A DNA stretch of 64,000 nucleotides from an archaeon. Lineage in GTDB: Archaea > Nanobdellota > Nanobdellia > SCGC-AAA011-G17 > VGLX01. Shown in pieces: positions 1-8,038 of the stretch. The stretch lies in contig JBDRNX010000031.1 of assembly GCA_043810595.1 (NCBI GenBank), positions 25,443-89,442 on the forward strand. The letters run 5' to 3'. Every line of letters begins with the position of its first letter. Position 1 is the stretch's first letter. Below the pieces are notes generated by a model, which did no database searches, had not been told where the DNA came from, and saw only the letters and a program-made list of their open reading frames with translations. The position numbers and the translations under genes are program-made.

Positions 1-406
1 ATGTTGATGGTATTATGCCTTTTGTGGGGTCTGTTTGGGTTAGCATGTTGAACCCTGCCAAGAGTAGGCCTAGCGTGATTGCGAATATTATTGCGGAAAA
101 TAGGATTAGTGTTGCGAAGCTTGCTGCTCCCTCTGGTGTGATATTTAGGTGCGCTGTTTTTATCGCTGTTTCCAGTTCTTCTTTTTCTTCTGGTTTTGGT
201 GCTACTTTGATCAGTTTTTCTGCGAAGTTGCACAGTTTTTCGTATGTGCTTAGTGCTTTGCTCATCGCTTCTTCTCTGAATATTAGGTATTCTTTAGAAA
301 AAGCTTCGTTGCTTGCTGTGTCGGCGTTGTAAGAGTCTATGTAGCCCCCTATTTTTTTGCTGTACTTGCTGAGGATATCCCTGACGTCCTCATCTGCTGG
401 CCTCAT
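1..406 (-). CDS. Partial (C-terminus beyond window start) membrane protein immediately downstream of the secretion ATPase; possible T2SS-F/FlaJ/TadC-like platform protein
   Basis: Manual translation of the reverse strand from ATG at 404-406: MRPADEDVRDILSKYSKKIGGYIDSYNADTASNEAF... with a hydrophobic TM segment (ATLILFSAIIFAITLGLLLAGF) around aa 100. A-ending codons typical of minus-strand genes here. Only a 14-nt gap to the stop of the upstream ATPase, suggesting an operon. Confidence 0.45.
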   Translation of the reverse strand, partial: MRPADEDVRDILSKYSKKIGGYIDSYNADTASNEAFSKEYLIFREEAMSKALSTYEKLCNFAEKLIKVAPKPEEKEELETAIKTAHLNITPEGAASFATLILFSAIIFAITLGLLLAGFNMLTQTDPTKGIIPST

Positions 407-420
407 TATTTACCTCTTTT

Positions 421-2715
421 TTAAAATCCTTTCTTTTCTTTTATCTTCTTTTTGAGCCATTCTTCCCATTCGTTTAATATCTGTTTGGTGTCTATCCCGC
501 CGGTTTCTTCTCTTATTTCGTCTGATATTCTGTGGAATTGGTCGTTGCATAGTATTACGAATTCGGCTTCTAGAAGGTCTGGCATGTTCATTTTTTCTGA
601 ATATTGCACAAGTTTTTCTTTTACTTTTGCTCTGAGCATTACGTTGTCCCATACCGCTGCCCAGTTTCCTACCCAGTCTTTTACGTTTCCTGCTATGGCT
701 TTGAGCACTTCGCTGTCTCCGTTTATCAGGTCGTCTGTCGGTTCTAGGGTATCTGTTTTTGAGTTGTATTTCATCAGATCAACGAATCCCCTTTCCCTTA
801 GCGGGTCGTCTTCCCAGTGTTTTCTAACTTCTGTTATGCTCATTACTCTTCTCCATCTGTGCAGTCCGTCTGGGCTTTTGATGGGGTTAGCTATTATTAT
901 TACGTCTGTTGCCTTGAAACTTGTTCTCGGCACTTGCAGGTCGTTGACGACTCTGTCGAATACTCCGTATGGGCTGTCTCCGTGTATCGTTCCTGCCACG
1001 ACGTTCGCCAGTGCTCCTATTCTCATTGCTTCGTAAAGTGCGAGTGCTTCTTTGCTTCTTATTTCTCCCACTATCAGGCTTGAGTCGCCCATTCTCAGGC
1101 TTGTTCTTATTCCCTCGTCTGCCGGTATTTCTGTCCCGCCTGTTGTTAGGGCGCTCCTGACTTTTAGCGGTTGTATGTTGTAACCTAGGTCTCTGAGCGA
1201 TTCTGTCGGCAGTTCTAATGTGTCTTCTACTGTTATTATTCTGTATTTTCTCATTATTTCTACGAGTACTGCCCCTAGCAATGATGTTTTTCCTGAGCTT
1301 CTTGTTCCTGCTATGATCATGGTTCTTGCTCCGTCTATCATGAAGCTCATGAGTCCTGCTGCTAAAGGGTTAAGCATCCTGTTTTTTATAAATAGGGGCA
1401 GAGTCCATGGTTTGTCTCTGTGTCTTCTGAATGTGTATGATAATCCATAGGGGTTGAGTGGGTTTTGTACTATTGCTACTCTGGCTCTTGCTCCCGGTAT
1501 TTTTAATTCTGTGTCAAGTATGGGGTTTGCCTCGTCTAGTGGTCTGCCTGATAGCATCCTGAATTTTGATGCCCAGCTTTGCGCGTCTGTTTTTGAGGGT
1601 ATTATGTTTGTTACGCATTCGTCATAGTCCTGATGTACGAGGAATATGGGTGTTTGTCCTATGGGTCCGTTTATCGTGATGTCCTGGACTTTTTCGTCCT
1701 GGAGCAGTACTTCCACAAGTCCAAATCCTACTGTGTACCTTACTAGTACTTCTGCTAGTTCTCTAAGCTCGTCATAGTCCAGGTCTACCCCCCTGTTTTC
1801 TGAGAGTTCTTGTATCAGGTCTTTTCCTATGTTTGTGAAAGTATTTCTCATTTTTTCTGGTTCCAGAAACTCTTCTTCTCTCGGCTGGTGTTCTGATAGC
1901 ACTTGTCTTGCGTAATCCAGTAGCATGTACTTGTCTTCGGTGAGTTTGAATTCTGGCGGCGTTAGGTGGTAGATGTATTTTATGTCTTCGGGTATGCTTA
2001 GTATGTTTACTTCTGTGTTTCCTATAGAGTATACGTCTAGTTCCCTCGCATTTAGGGGTATTTGCGCCATCAGTCTTGTGAGTAGGAAGTCTGGTGTGAT
2101 TGTTGGCTTGAATATGGTCGCGTATAGGCTCCTGTCACCGATGTGGTACCCGGCCAGGTTTTGTTTTGCTATATTCACTAGTTTTGTTTCGTCGAGTAAG
2201 TCGTGTACGTATTGGAGTAAGTCGATGAACATCTGTCCTGATTCTATCTCCTCTTCTGCTGTCATTTTCTTGAGTTTTAGTTTTTCGTCCCTTACCACCC
2301 TCTTCAGCTCTACGTATGCTCCTAGCGGGTCGCTTCTCATCATGTTGAATACTATATCCTGTATTATTGAGTACCTTCTCGGGAGGTCTGCTGCTGTTGC
2401 TTCTGTTCCCATGGCCCCAGGGCTTAGCGCTCTTTTTTGCTTGAGTAGTCTGTTGTAGAGCATTGCTATTTCGTTGAGCATCTGCGTCTGCTCATAGTCG
2501 TAGCTGTAGTGTTTTCTCTGTGCGAACACTATCCTGCTTGTTGACGGCGCCTCAACAAGTTTGTCTATCGTCATTGCCATTACTATTGCGTTGTCTTCTA
2601 TAGAAGGGAGGTATGGCCAGTCTTCTAGGTTAATCCTCATTACCTCTTCTTCGCCCTCTTTTATTATTTCGTATCCCCAGGTCGGTATTTTTTTCTCGCC
2701 AGCCATTATCACCAC
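421..2715 (-). CDS. Type IV pilus/archaellum-type secretion ATPase (FlaI/PilB/VirB11 superfamily) with a long N-terminal extension
   Basis: Walker A GTRSSGKTSLL and a TVEDTLEL-type Asp box in the C-terminal half of the 764-aa ORF. An N-terminal region of about 250 aa precedes the ATPase core. Confidence 0.8.
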   Translation of the reverse strand: MVIMAGEKKIPTWGYEIIKEGEEEVMRINLEDWPYLPSIEDNAIVMAMTIDKLVEAPSTSRIVFAQRKHYSYDYEQTQMLNEIAMLYNRLLKQKRALSPGAMGTEATAADLPRRYSIIQDIVFNMMRSDPLGAYVELKRVVRDEKLKLKKMTAEEEIESGQMFIDLLQYVHDLLDETKLVNIAKQNLAGYHIGDRSLYATIFKPTITPDFLLTRLMAQIPLNARELDVYSIGNTEVNILSIPEDIKYIYHLTPPEFKLTEDKYMLLDYARQVLSEHQPREEEFLEPEKMRNTFTNIGKDLIQELSENRGVDLDYDELRELAEVLVRYTVGFGLVEVLLQDEKVQDITINGPIGQTPIFLVHQDYDECVTNIIPSKTDAQSWASKFRMLSGRPLDEANPILDTELKIPGARARVAIVQNPLNPYGLSYTFRRHRDKPWTLPLFIKNRMLNPLAAGLMSFMIDGARTMIIAGTRSSGKTSLLGAVLVEIMRKYRIITVEDTLELPTESLRDLGYNIQPLKVRSALTTGGTEIPADEGIRTSLRMGDSSLIVGEIRSKEALALYEAMRIGALANVVAGTIHGDSPYGVFDRVVNDLQVPRTSFKATDVIIIANPIKSPDGLHRWRRVMSITEVRKHWEDDPLRERGFVDLMKYNSKTDTLEPTDDLINGDSEVLKAIAGNVKDWVGNWAAVWDNVMLRAKVKEKLVQYSEKMNMPDLLEAEFVILCNDQFHRISDEIREETGGIDTKQILNEWEEWLKKKIKEKKGF

Positions 2716-2790
2716 TTTTTAATATTAACACAAGTTTTAATAATCGAGTATAAGTATTAATCTATAAATTAAATAGTTTTCGTTTTAAAA

Positions 2791-3162
2791 ATGGCAGAGG
2801 AATCTCAAGAAGTTAATTTGTCGTACGTTCTTAGTGATTTGAATGCGCGAGTTCGTGTTCTTGAGAGTAAATACAGCTTGTTCGGTGAGCGTTTGCTTGT
2901 CATCAACCAGAACATGATTGAGGAGTATAAAAAAACTATACGTGATATAAAGACCATCCAGGGCGAGCTTTCAGAGGTGAAGAAGGAGGTTTTCTACCTT
3001 AAGGAGGTTCTTTCTGACTTGAATAAGGAGTTTGATGTTTTTGCTAGAAAGGATCAGGTTAAGGTTTTAGAAAAGTATATTAACTTGTGGAATCCTATGA
3101 GTTTTGTCACTGAGAAAGATGTTATTAACATAATTAAAAGGGAGGCTGGTAAAAAATCGTAG
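2791..3162 (+). CDS. Hypothetical coiled-coil protein
   Basis: 123-aa ORF with T/G-ending, host-like codon usage and a plausible TATA upstream; no recognisable motif. Confidence 0.45.
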   Translation: MAEESQEVNLSYVLSDLNARVRVLESKYSLFGERLLVINQNMIEEYKKTIRDIKTIQGELSEVKKEVFYLKEVLSDLNKEFDVFARKDQVKVLEKYINLWNPMSFVTEKDVINIIKREAGKKS

Positions 3163-3185
3163 TTCCTACTGATGACGTCCTGGGG

Positions 3186-3833
3186 ATGAGGAAAAGGGGT
3201 ATGTCTGATGAGGATATAGTTGAGGAGCTAGCTAATAAGGGGAGTAGTTACCAAGAGATTTCTGAGGCTCTTAATCAGGCTGATATAAAGGAGGGTGTTG
3301 CTACAGTTTCTAATAATTTTTCAGAGGCTGGTCAGATGCAGGAGTCTGCTCTCTCTCGAGGCGGCGGTGACGATATCAATATTCCTGCCCCCTCTCCGAG
3401 TGATGCTGTTCCGGAGTCCGAGCTGGAATCGGCTCCTTCTTTCACTCCTAGCGTTCAGATGACTCCTTCTGCGCCTGTTCAGTTTACTGCGCAGGCCCCT
3501 TCGCTCTCGAGCGAGGATGTTCAGGAGTTGATTGAGTCTATTATTGAGGATCGCTGGCAGCAGGTTGTTGCCTCTGTTGGTGATATTAGTTTGTGGAAGA
3601 GTAGGACTGATGATGACTTGGTTGCTATTAAGCAGGAGATTCTTCGCGTCGAGGATCGCATGACGAGGTTGCAGACTGCTTTGGTTGGCCGTGTTGATGA
3701 GTACAGCAAGTCTATTTCTAGGGTTGGTTCTGAGGTTGCTGCTTTGGAGAAGGTTTTTGAGAAGATTATGGAGCCTTTGACTTCTAACATTAAGGAACTC
3801 AATAGGATTACTCAGGAATTGAAGAGAAAGTAG
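3186..3833 (+). CDS. Hypothetical protein with a Ser/Pro/Ala-rich linker and a C-terminal coiled coil
   Basis: 215-aa ORF with host-like codon usage, a low-complexity S/P/A stretch, then heptad-like sequence. Confidence 0.4.
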   Translation: MRKRGMSDEDIVEELANKGSSYQEISEALNQADIKEGVATVSNNFSEAGQMQESALSRGGGDDINIPAPSPSDAVPESELESAPSFTPSVQMTPSAPVQFTAQAPSLSSEDVQELIESIIEDRWQQVVASVGDISLWKSRTDDDLVAIKQEILRVEDRMTRLQTALVGRVDEYSKSISRVGSEVAALEKVFEKIMEPLTSNIKELNRITQELKRK

Positions 3834-4418
3834 CTAATCATCTGTTGTGCTTAGCAGTCTTACCGTTTGCGATGCTATTATGAGCAGTAGGAACATTCCC
3901 AGTATCTTTGGGCTGAATACTATGTTTCCGACTGTTACGAGGAAGTGTTGGCCTCCTGTTGCCGTTGGTTGTGTTGTTCCTGTCTGCGGTTCTGTTCCTG
4001 TTGGGTAGGGGTATGACCCTTGTGTTATCGCCGCTATTTTTGATCCGAATACCTGTGTGAATGCTATTACGAGTGCTATTACGAGTATTATCAGTATGGT
4101 CCATACGTTTCCGCTTTCTGACATGGCATCGGATATGGTTTCTGCTTTTACTCCCAGGAACATGAACACTAATAGCAGCGACATGAGTATTACCAGCAGT
4201 ATTACTAGCCAAGGTGCGATTATTGTTACCAGCTGTCTTGCTTCTGAAACGAACATGAATAGCATTGCTACGCTGAATGCTATCAGCGCATCCATTCCCG
4301 CATTTGCGCCTAAGATTTTTGTTTTCTGCAGTATTGCGAAGAATACCGTGAAGACGAATAAAAAGATGAATACTGGTATGAAGTAGTTCAGTATGTTTAT
4401 GTCCAGTATTGTTGCCAT
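3834..4418 (-). CDS. Multi-pass membrane protein, paralog 1 of 3 in tandem
   Basis: 194 aa with 4-5 predicted TM segments; shares the N-terminal motif (...ILQKTKILG...) with the two following ORFs. Confidence 0.5.
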   Translation of the reverse strand: MATILDINILNYFIPVFIFLFVFTVFFAILQKTKILGANAGMDALIAFSVAMLFMFVSEARQLVTIIAPWLVILLVILMSLLLVFMFLGVKAETISDAMSESGNVWTILIILVIALVIAFTQVFGSKIAAITQGSYPYPTGTEPQTGTTQPTATGGQHFLVTVGNIVFSPKILGMFLLLIIASQTVRLLSTTDD

Positions 4419-4419
4419 T

Positions 4420-4989
4420 TTATTGTCCTTTGAATGCTTTTCCTATGTCTTGGAAGCTTTTGTAAAATTTCCGTTCTTCGCCTGTTTTGCTTTTTCCTGC
4501 TATGAAAAAGAATAGTATCAGTCCCGCTGCTGCGAATGCTATTATTTTCCAGTCTGTTTCTGTGATTTCGAGCCAGTCTGGCAGCCATTGTATTCCTTCT
4601 TCTTCTGCTGCTTGTCCCAGCCCCCATATTACTCCGACTACTGCTATTATTACGAACACGAATAATAGTCCGCCAGTCCATTTGTCTGATTGCACTCCGA
4701 ATATTCCCAGTATTATGAGGAATGCTATTATTACGAGGATGAACATCGACACGTTTGGCAGGAATCTGTTAATCAGGGCCACTAGGGTATCACTTCTTAC
4801 TATTAGGAATCCTGCTACCAGTGCTATTACTATGTTGAACTTGTGGCTCTCTTCTCCGAATATTTTTGTTTTTTCCAGTATTCCAAATATTATCGTGAAT
4901 ATGAGGAAGAATGGCAGCACGACTTCGTAGAATCCTGTTGATTCAAGGTCTGATATTATGCTGCTGAAGTCTATATCTTCTAGTACCAT
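4420..4989 (-). CDS. Multi-pass membrane protein, paralog 2 of 3
   Basis: 189 aa; similar to its neighbours (FGILEKTKIFGEE motif) with similar TM topology. Confidence 0.55.
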   Translation of the reverse strand: MVLEDIDFSSIISDLESTGFYEVVLPFFLIFTIIFGILEKTKIFGEESHKFNIVIALVAGFLIVRSDTLVALINRFLPNVSMFILVIIAFLIILGIFGVQSDKWTGGLLFVFVIIAVVGVIWGLGQAAEEEGIQWLPDWLEITETDWKIIAFAAAGLILFFFIAGKSKTGEERKFYKSFQDIGKAFKGQ

Positions 4990-4992
4990 TTT

Positions 4993-5529
4993 TTAATCGC
5001 CTCCTCTTTTTTTGCTCCCGCCTGTTATGAATAGTATCGCTCCTATAACTACCCCCAAAAATATGAGTGTCATTCCCGCTGTTGATGTCCAGAAGTCAAA
5101 CCCGAACATGTCCCAGAATTCGTCCCACCATCCTACTGCATTCAGGAATATGAGTATTATTCCCACGAACAGGGCAAATATCAGGAATCCCTTGACGTAT
5201 TTGTGGTTTTCGAAGTTGAATTCCTTGTCGCTCATTATGAAACCGACCACCATCATTAGGCTCATCAGAACTACTAGCAGTACTGCCACTTGAGGTATCG
5301 ATATCTGTATTGTTTCCACTAGTCTTGGCGTCGCTACTAGGAACAGTGCCATGACGAATGCTATCATTGCGTTTATGTTTGTTTTTGGCTTTCCGTCTTC
5401 TACTCCGAATATTCTTGTTTTTTCGAGAACTCCGAATGTTACGGTGAAAATTAGTAGGAATGGTAATATTATATCATAGAAACCTAAGTCTTTAAGGAAC
5501 TCTAGTCCTCTGCTCAACGGAGTTACCAT
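4993..5529 (-). CDS. Multi-pass membrane protein, paralog 3 of 3
   Basis: 178 aa; FGVLEKTRIFGVE motif conserved with its neighbours. Confidence 0.55.
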   Translation of the reverse strand: MVTPLSRGLEFLKDLGFYDIILPFLLIFTVTFGVLEKTRIFGVEDGKPKTNINAMIAFVMALFLVATPRLVETIQISIPQVAVLLVVLMSLMMVVGFIMSDKEFNFENHKYVKGFLIFALFVGIILIFLNAVGWWDEFWDMFGFDFWTSTAGMTLIFLGVVIGAILFITGGSKKRGGD

Positions 5530-5565
5530 GGTTTAATAAAAAAATTAACTAGTATAAAAATTTTG

Positions 5566-5841
5566 TTATTTGGGCTCTTCTTCTGTTTCTTCGTATGTTG
5601 GTATCGCTTGTTTGGATATTATTATCACGTCGCCTACTGATTTCACGTACTGGTGTGGTACTATCACTCCTTTCGCCCCTCCCAGGACTTTGCTTAGGAA
5701 GGAGTTCCTTGACGCTCTTACCCTCCAGCCGTGCACTTTGTTCATTGTCAGTATGGCTTCTTCTACGTCTCCGAAGTAGTCTCCTGTGTCCGTGAACACT
5801 TTCATATCGTATATCTCTGTTACTTGCTTCACTTTTAGCAT
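5566..5841 (-). CDS. PRC-barrel domain protein
   Basis: 91 aa; G-rich beta-barrel pattern (VHGWRV...GGAKGVIVPHQYV) typical of PRC-barrel proteins. Confidence 0.55.
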   Translation of the reverse strand: MLKVKQVTEIYDMKVFTDTGDYFGDVEEAILTMNKVHGWRVRASRNSFLSKVLGGAKGVIVPHQYVKSVGDVIIISKQAIPTYEETEEEPK

Positions 5842-5907
5842 TTCACTTACCTCCTGTTTTTCCTTGAGAAGAAAAAATTTTTAAGTATTTAAAGATTATT
5901 ATTCTCT

Positions 5908-6621
5908 ATGCTTAAATTTGGGAATCTGACCATTGTGGGTACTTCTCACGTTTCTGCCGACTCGGTTAAGGAAGTTGAGAGGGTTTTGATAGCTGTTAGG
6001 CCCGAAATCGTGGCTTTGGAGCTTGATTTTCCCAGGTTTAGGTCTCTGCTCTCCCCCAAGAGGGGTGGTCCTGGCATTGGTGACATTAGGAGGGTTGGTT
6101 TTAAGGGTTTTCTCTTTAACCTTATCGGTGCCTGGGCTGAGAAGAAGATTGGTGATGTTGTGGGTGTTTCTCCTGGTTCTGAGATGCTTAAGGCGGTCCA
6201 GGTCTGTAATAGGTTGGGTTGTGATATCGCCTTGATCGATCAGGACATTTCAATAACCCTGAGCCGCTTGTCAAAGGGGATTACTTGGAAGGAGCGTTTC
6301 AGGTTTGTTTTTGACCTGGTTAAGGCTTTTTTTGTTCGTAAGCCTGTGGTTGATTTTGATCTTCGTAAGGTTCCCCCTCAGGAGGTTGTTGATAAGTTAA
6401 TTTCAAAGGTTCGTAAGGACTATCCTTCTTTTTATCGTGTTTTGATTGCCGAGAGGAACGTTTACATGTCGAAAAACTTATATAATCTGCTCTCCTTGAA
6501 TAAGAAAGTGGTCGCCATAGTTGGTGCTGGCCATGAGTCTGAGCTTATCGGTTTGATAAAGGGTTATGATAAGCCCCAGCGTTCGAAGTTGGTGTTGCTC
6601 AAGCATCATAAAAATGGTTAG
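5908..6621 (+). CDS. TraB/PrgY-family protein
   Basis: N-terminal GTSHVSADSV...IVALELD signature of the TraB/GumN family. Confidence 0.65.
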   Translation: MLKFGNLTIVGTSHVSADSVKEVERVLIAVRPEIVALELDFPRFRSLLSPKRGGPGIGDIRRVGFKGFLFNLIGAWAEKKIGDVVGVSPGSEMLKAVQVCNRLGCDIALIDQDISITLSRLSKGITWKERFRFVFDLVKAFFVRKPVVDFDLRKVPPQEVVDKLISKVRKDYPSFYRVLIAERNVYMSKNLYNLLSLNKKVVAIVGAGHESELIGLIKGYDKPQRSKLVLLKHHKNG

Positions 6622-7342
6622 TTTTACTGGAAAAGAGGTGAGGCATTTAGTTCTTGCTACTCTGGCTCTTGCTTTTGTTTTTGGTTTTGATGATGGCAGG
6701 CCTTCTTTTGAGGTTGTTTTTTGGTTAACTAATTACATTCGTCTCTGTTTTGTTGCTGCTGCTGTTCTTCTTGTTTACACTCTTGCTCAGAAGCTTGTCG
6801 CTGATCGTTATGGTTGTTTTTCTGAGTTTAGGTTGTGGACTGTTGGGCGTTATGGTTTCCGTCCTCAGAATAAGTTTAAGCATCCTATGCCTCTCGGTGT
6901 TATTATAGGTTTTCTTGTTGCTTTTCTTTCCTCTGGTAAGCTTTTCTTTCCTGCTTTGGCTTCTTTTGAGTTGACTGAAGAAAGGCATAGGCGTATCGGT
7001 CGCAGGTATCTTAACGTTACTGGTGTGGAGGTTGCTAAGATAGCTTTGTCTGGTGTCTTTGCTGCTTTGTTGTTGGCTTTTGTCTTTTCTATTTTTAATT
7101 TTAAGGAGGTTGTTTTTGTTGCTTCTTTGTTTGCTGTTTTTCAGATGCTTCCGGTTCCCGGCCTTGATGGCGTTAAGGTTTTCTTCGGTTCCCTGGCTTA
7201 TTTTGCTACTTCTGCTGCTTTTGTTTTGGTCTCTGCTATCCTGCTTAATTTTGTTTCTGGTTTGACTGCTTTCTTTATCGCTTTTATCGCCGCTGGTGTT
7301 TTTGGGATTATGTTCTACTACTACCGTATTTATTCTAGCTGA
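6614..7342 (+). CDS. Degenerate site-2-protease (M50)-like polytopic membrane protein lacking HExxH
   Basis: MLPVPGLDG matches the M50 LDG motif, but the expected HExxH position reads AQKLVA. The likely start ATG at 6614 overlaps the TraB stop by 8 nt. Confidence 0.45.
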   Translation: MVSFTGKEVRHLVLATLALAFVFGFDDGRPSFEVVFWLTNYIRLCFVAAAVLLVYTLAQKLVADRYGCFSEFRLWTVGRYGFRPQNKFKHPMPLGVIIGFLVAFLSSGKLFFPALASFELTEERHRRIGRRYLNVTGVEVAKIALSGVFAALLLAFVFSIFNFKEVVFVASLFAVFQMLPVPGLDGVKVFFGSLAYFATSAAFVLVSAILLNFVSGLTAFFIAFIAAGVFGIMFYYYRIYSS

Positions 7343-7601
7343 AGAGGCTTATTACTCCCTTCTGTGTAAGCCATATCGCTGCCACCCATGTTAGTATGCT
7401 AAACCAGCCGTAGAACGCTAATACCATTATGATTCCTGCTGCGATGTCTACCATGCTGGGTACGCTTTTTATGTATATGGCCCCTTTTACTATCAGGTAG
7501 ATTGCTAGGGCTATTGCCATGGTTTTTGCTACTCCGAATCTTAGAAGTATTATGCTTAGCGCTGCTAGCAGGTCGAATATGCCGAGTAGCTTGACTACCA
7601 T
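7335..7601 (-). CDS. Small membrane protein
   Basis: 88 aa with 2-3 TM segments and A-ending codons consistent with a genuine minus-strand gene. Confidence 0.45.
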   Translation of the reverse strand: MVVKLLGIFDLLAALSIILLRFGVAKTMAIALAIYLIVKGAIYIKSVPSMVDIAAGIIMVLAFYGWFSILTWVAAIWLTQKGVISLFS

Positions 7602-7653
7602 ATGTTTTACTATGTTTTTACTTTTTAAAAATTTAATTAAAAAGTAAAGGTTG

Positions 7654-7938
7654 TTATTTGAGTTCTATTTCTATCCCGCCGACGAATTTTGCTGCTACGT
7701 TGTATACCCATGCGCCTACAGCTCCGCCTATCAGGCCGATAACTCCATACATTATCGGTAATATTATTATTGACAAGGGGCCGGTCCATAGGGGCAGTCC
7801 TGCTTCTGTTGGTTCAGTCACCGTTGTTACTGTGTTCAAAAAGGTAAAGAAGATTCCTAAAAGCAGTCCGGCTACTGCCATTATTATCCCTTGTATTTTC
7901 GCTACCGACCATACTCCTAGTTTTTTTACTACAGCCAT
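7654..7938 (-). CDS. Small membrane protein
   Basis: 94 aa with 3 TM segments and host-like minus-strand codon usage. Confidence 0.45.
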   Translation of the reverse strand: MAVVKKLGVWSVAKIQGIIMAVAGLLLGIFFTFLNTVTTVTEPTEAGLPLWTGPLSIIILPIMYGVIGLIGGAVGAWVYNVAAKFVGGIEIELK

Positions 7939-8038
7939 TTTTCAACCTCCTTAGTTATGTTTTATGTTGCAGGTAAGGTTTATATATTTCTGCCCTTTCA
8001 TTTTGGTGGGGTATTGGTAGTGATCTGTTCTCACCAGA

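Noticed and set aside
15-332. 105-aa + strand ORF at the window start
   Set aside because: It is antisense to a better minus-strand gene (1-406) that has the A-ending codon signature and sits in an operon with the ATPase. Shadow ORFs are expected given the strand composition bias.
410-652. 80-aa minus-strand ORF and numerous other 60-190-aa ORFs nested in alternative frames of large genes (for example 452-1036, 3521-3802, 4057-4386, 19083-19988, 21817-22635)
   Set aside because: They overlap well-supported long genes in other frames and have low-complexity R/K/S-rich translations. They are artefacts of the AT-rich, strand-biased composition.
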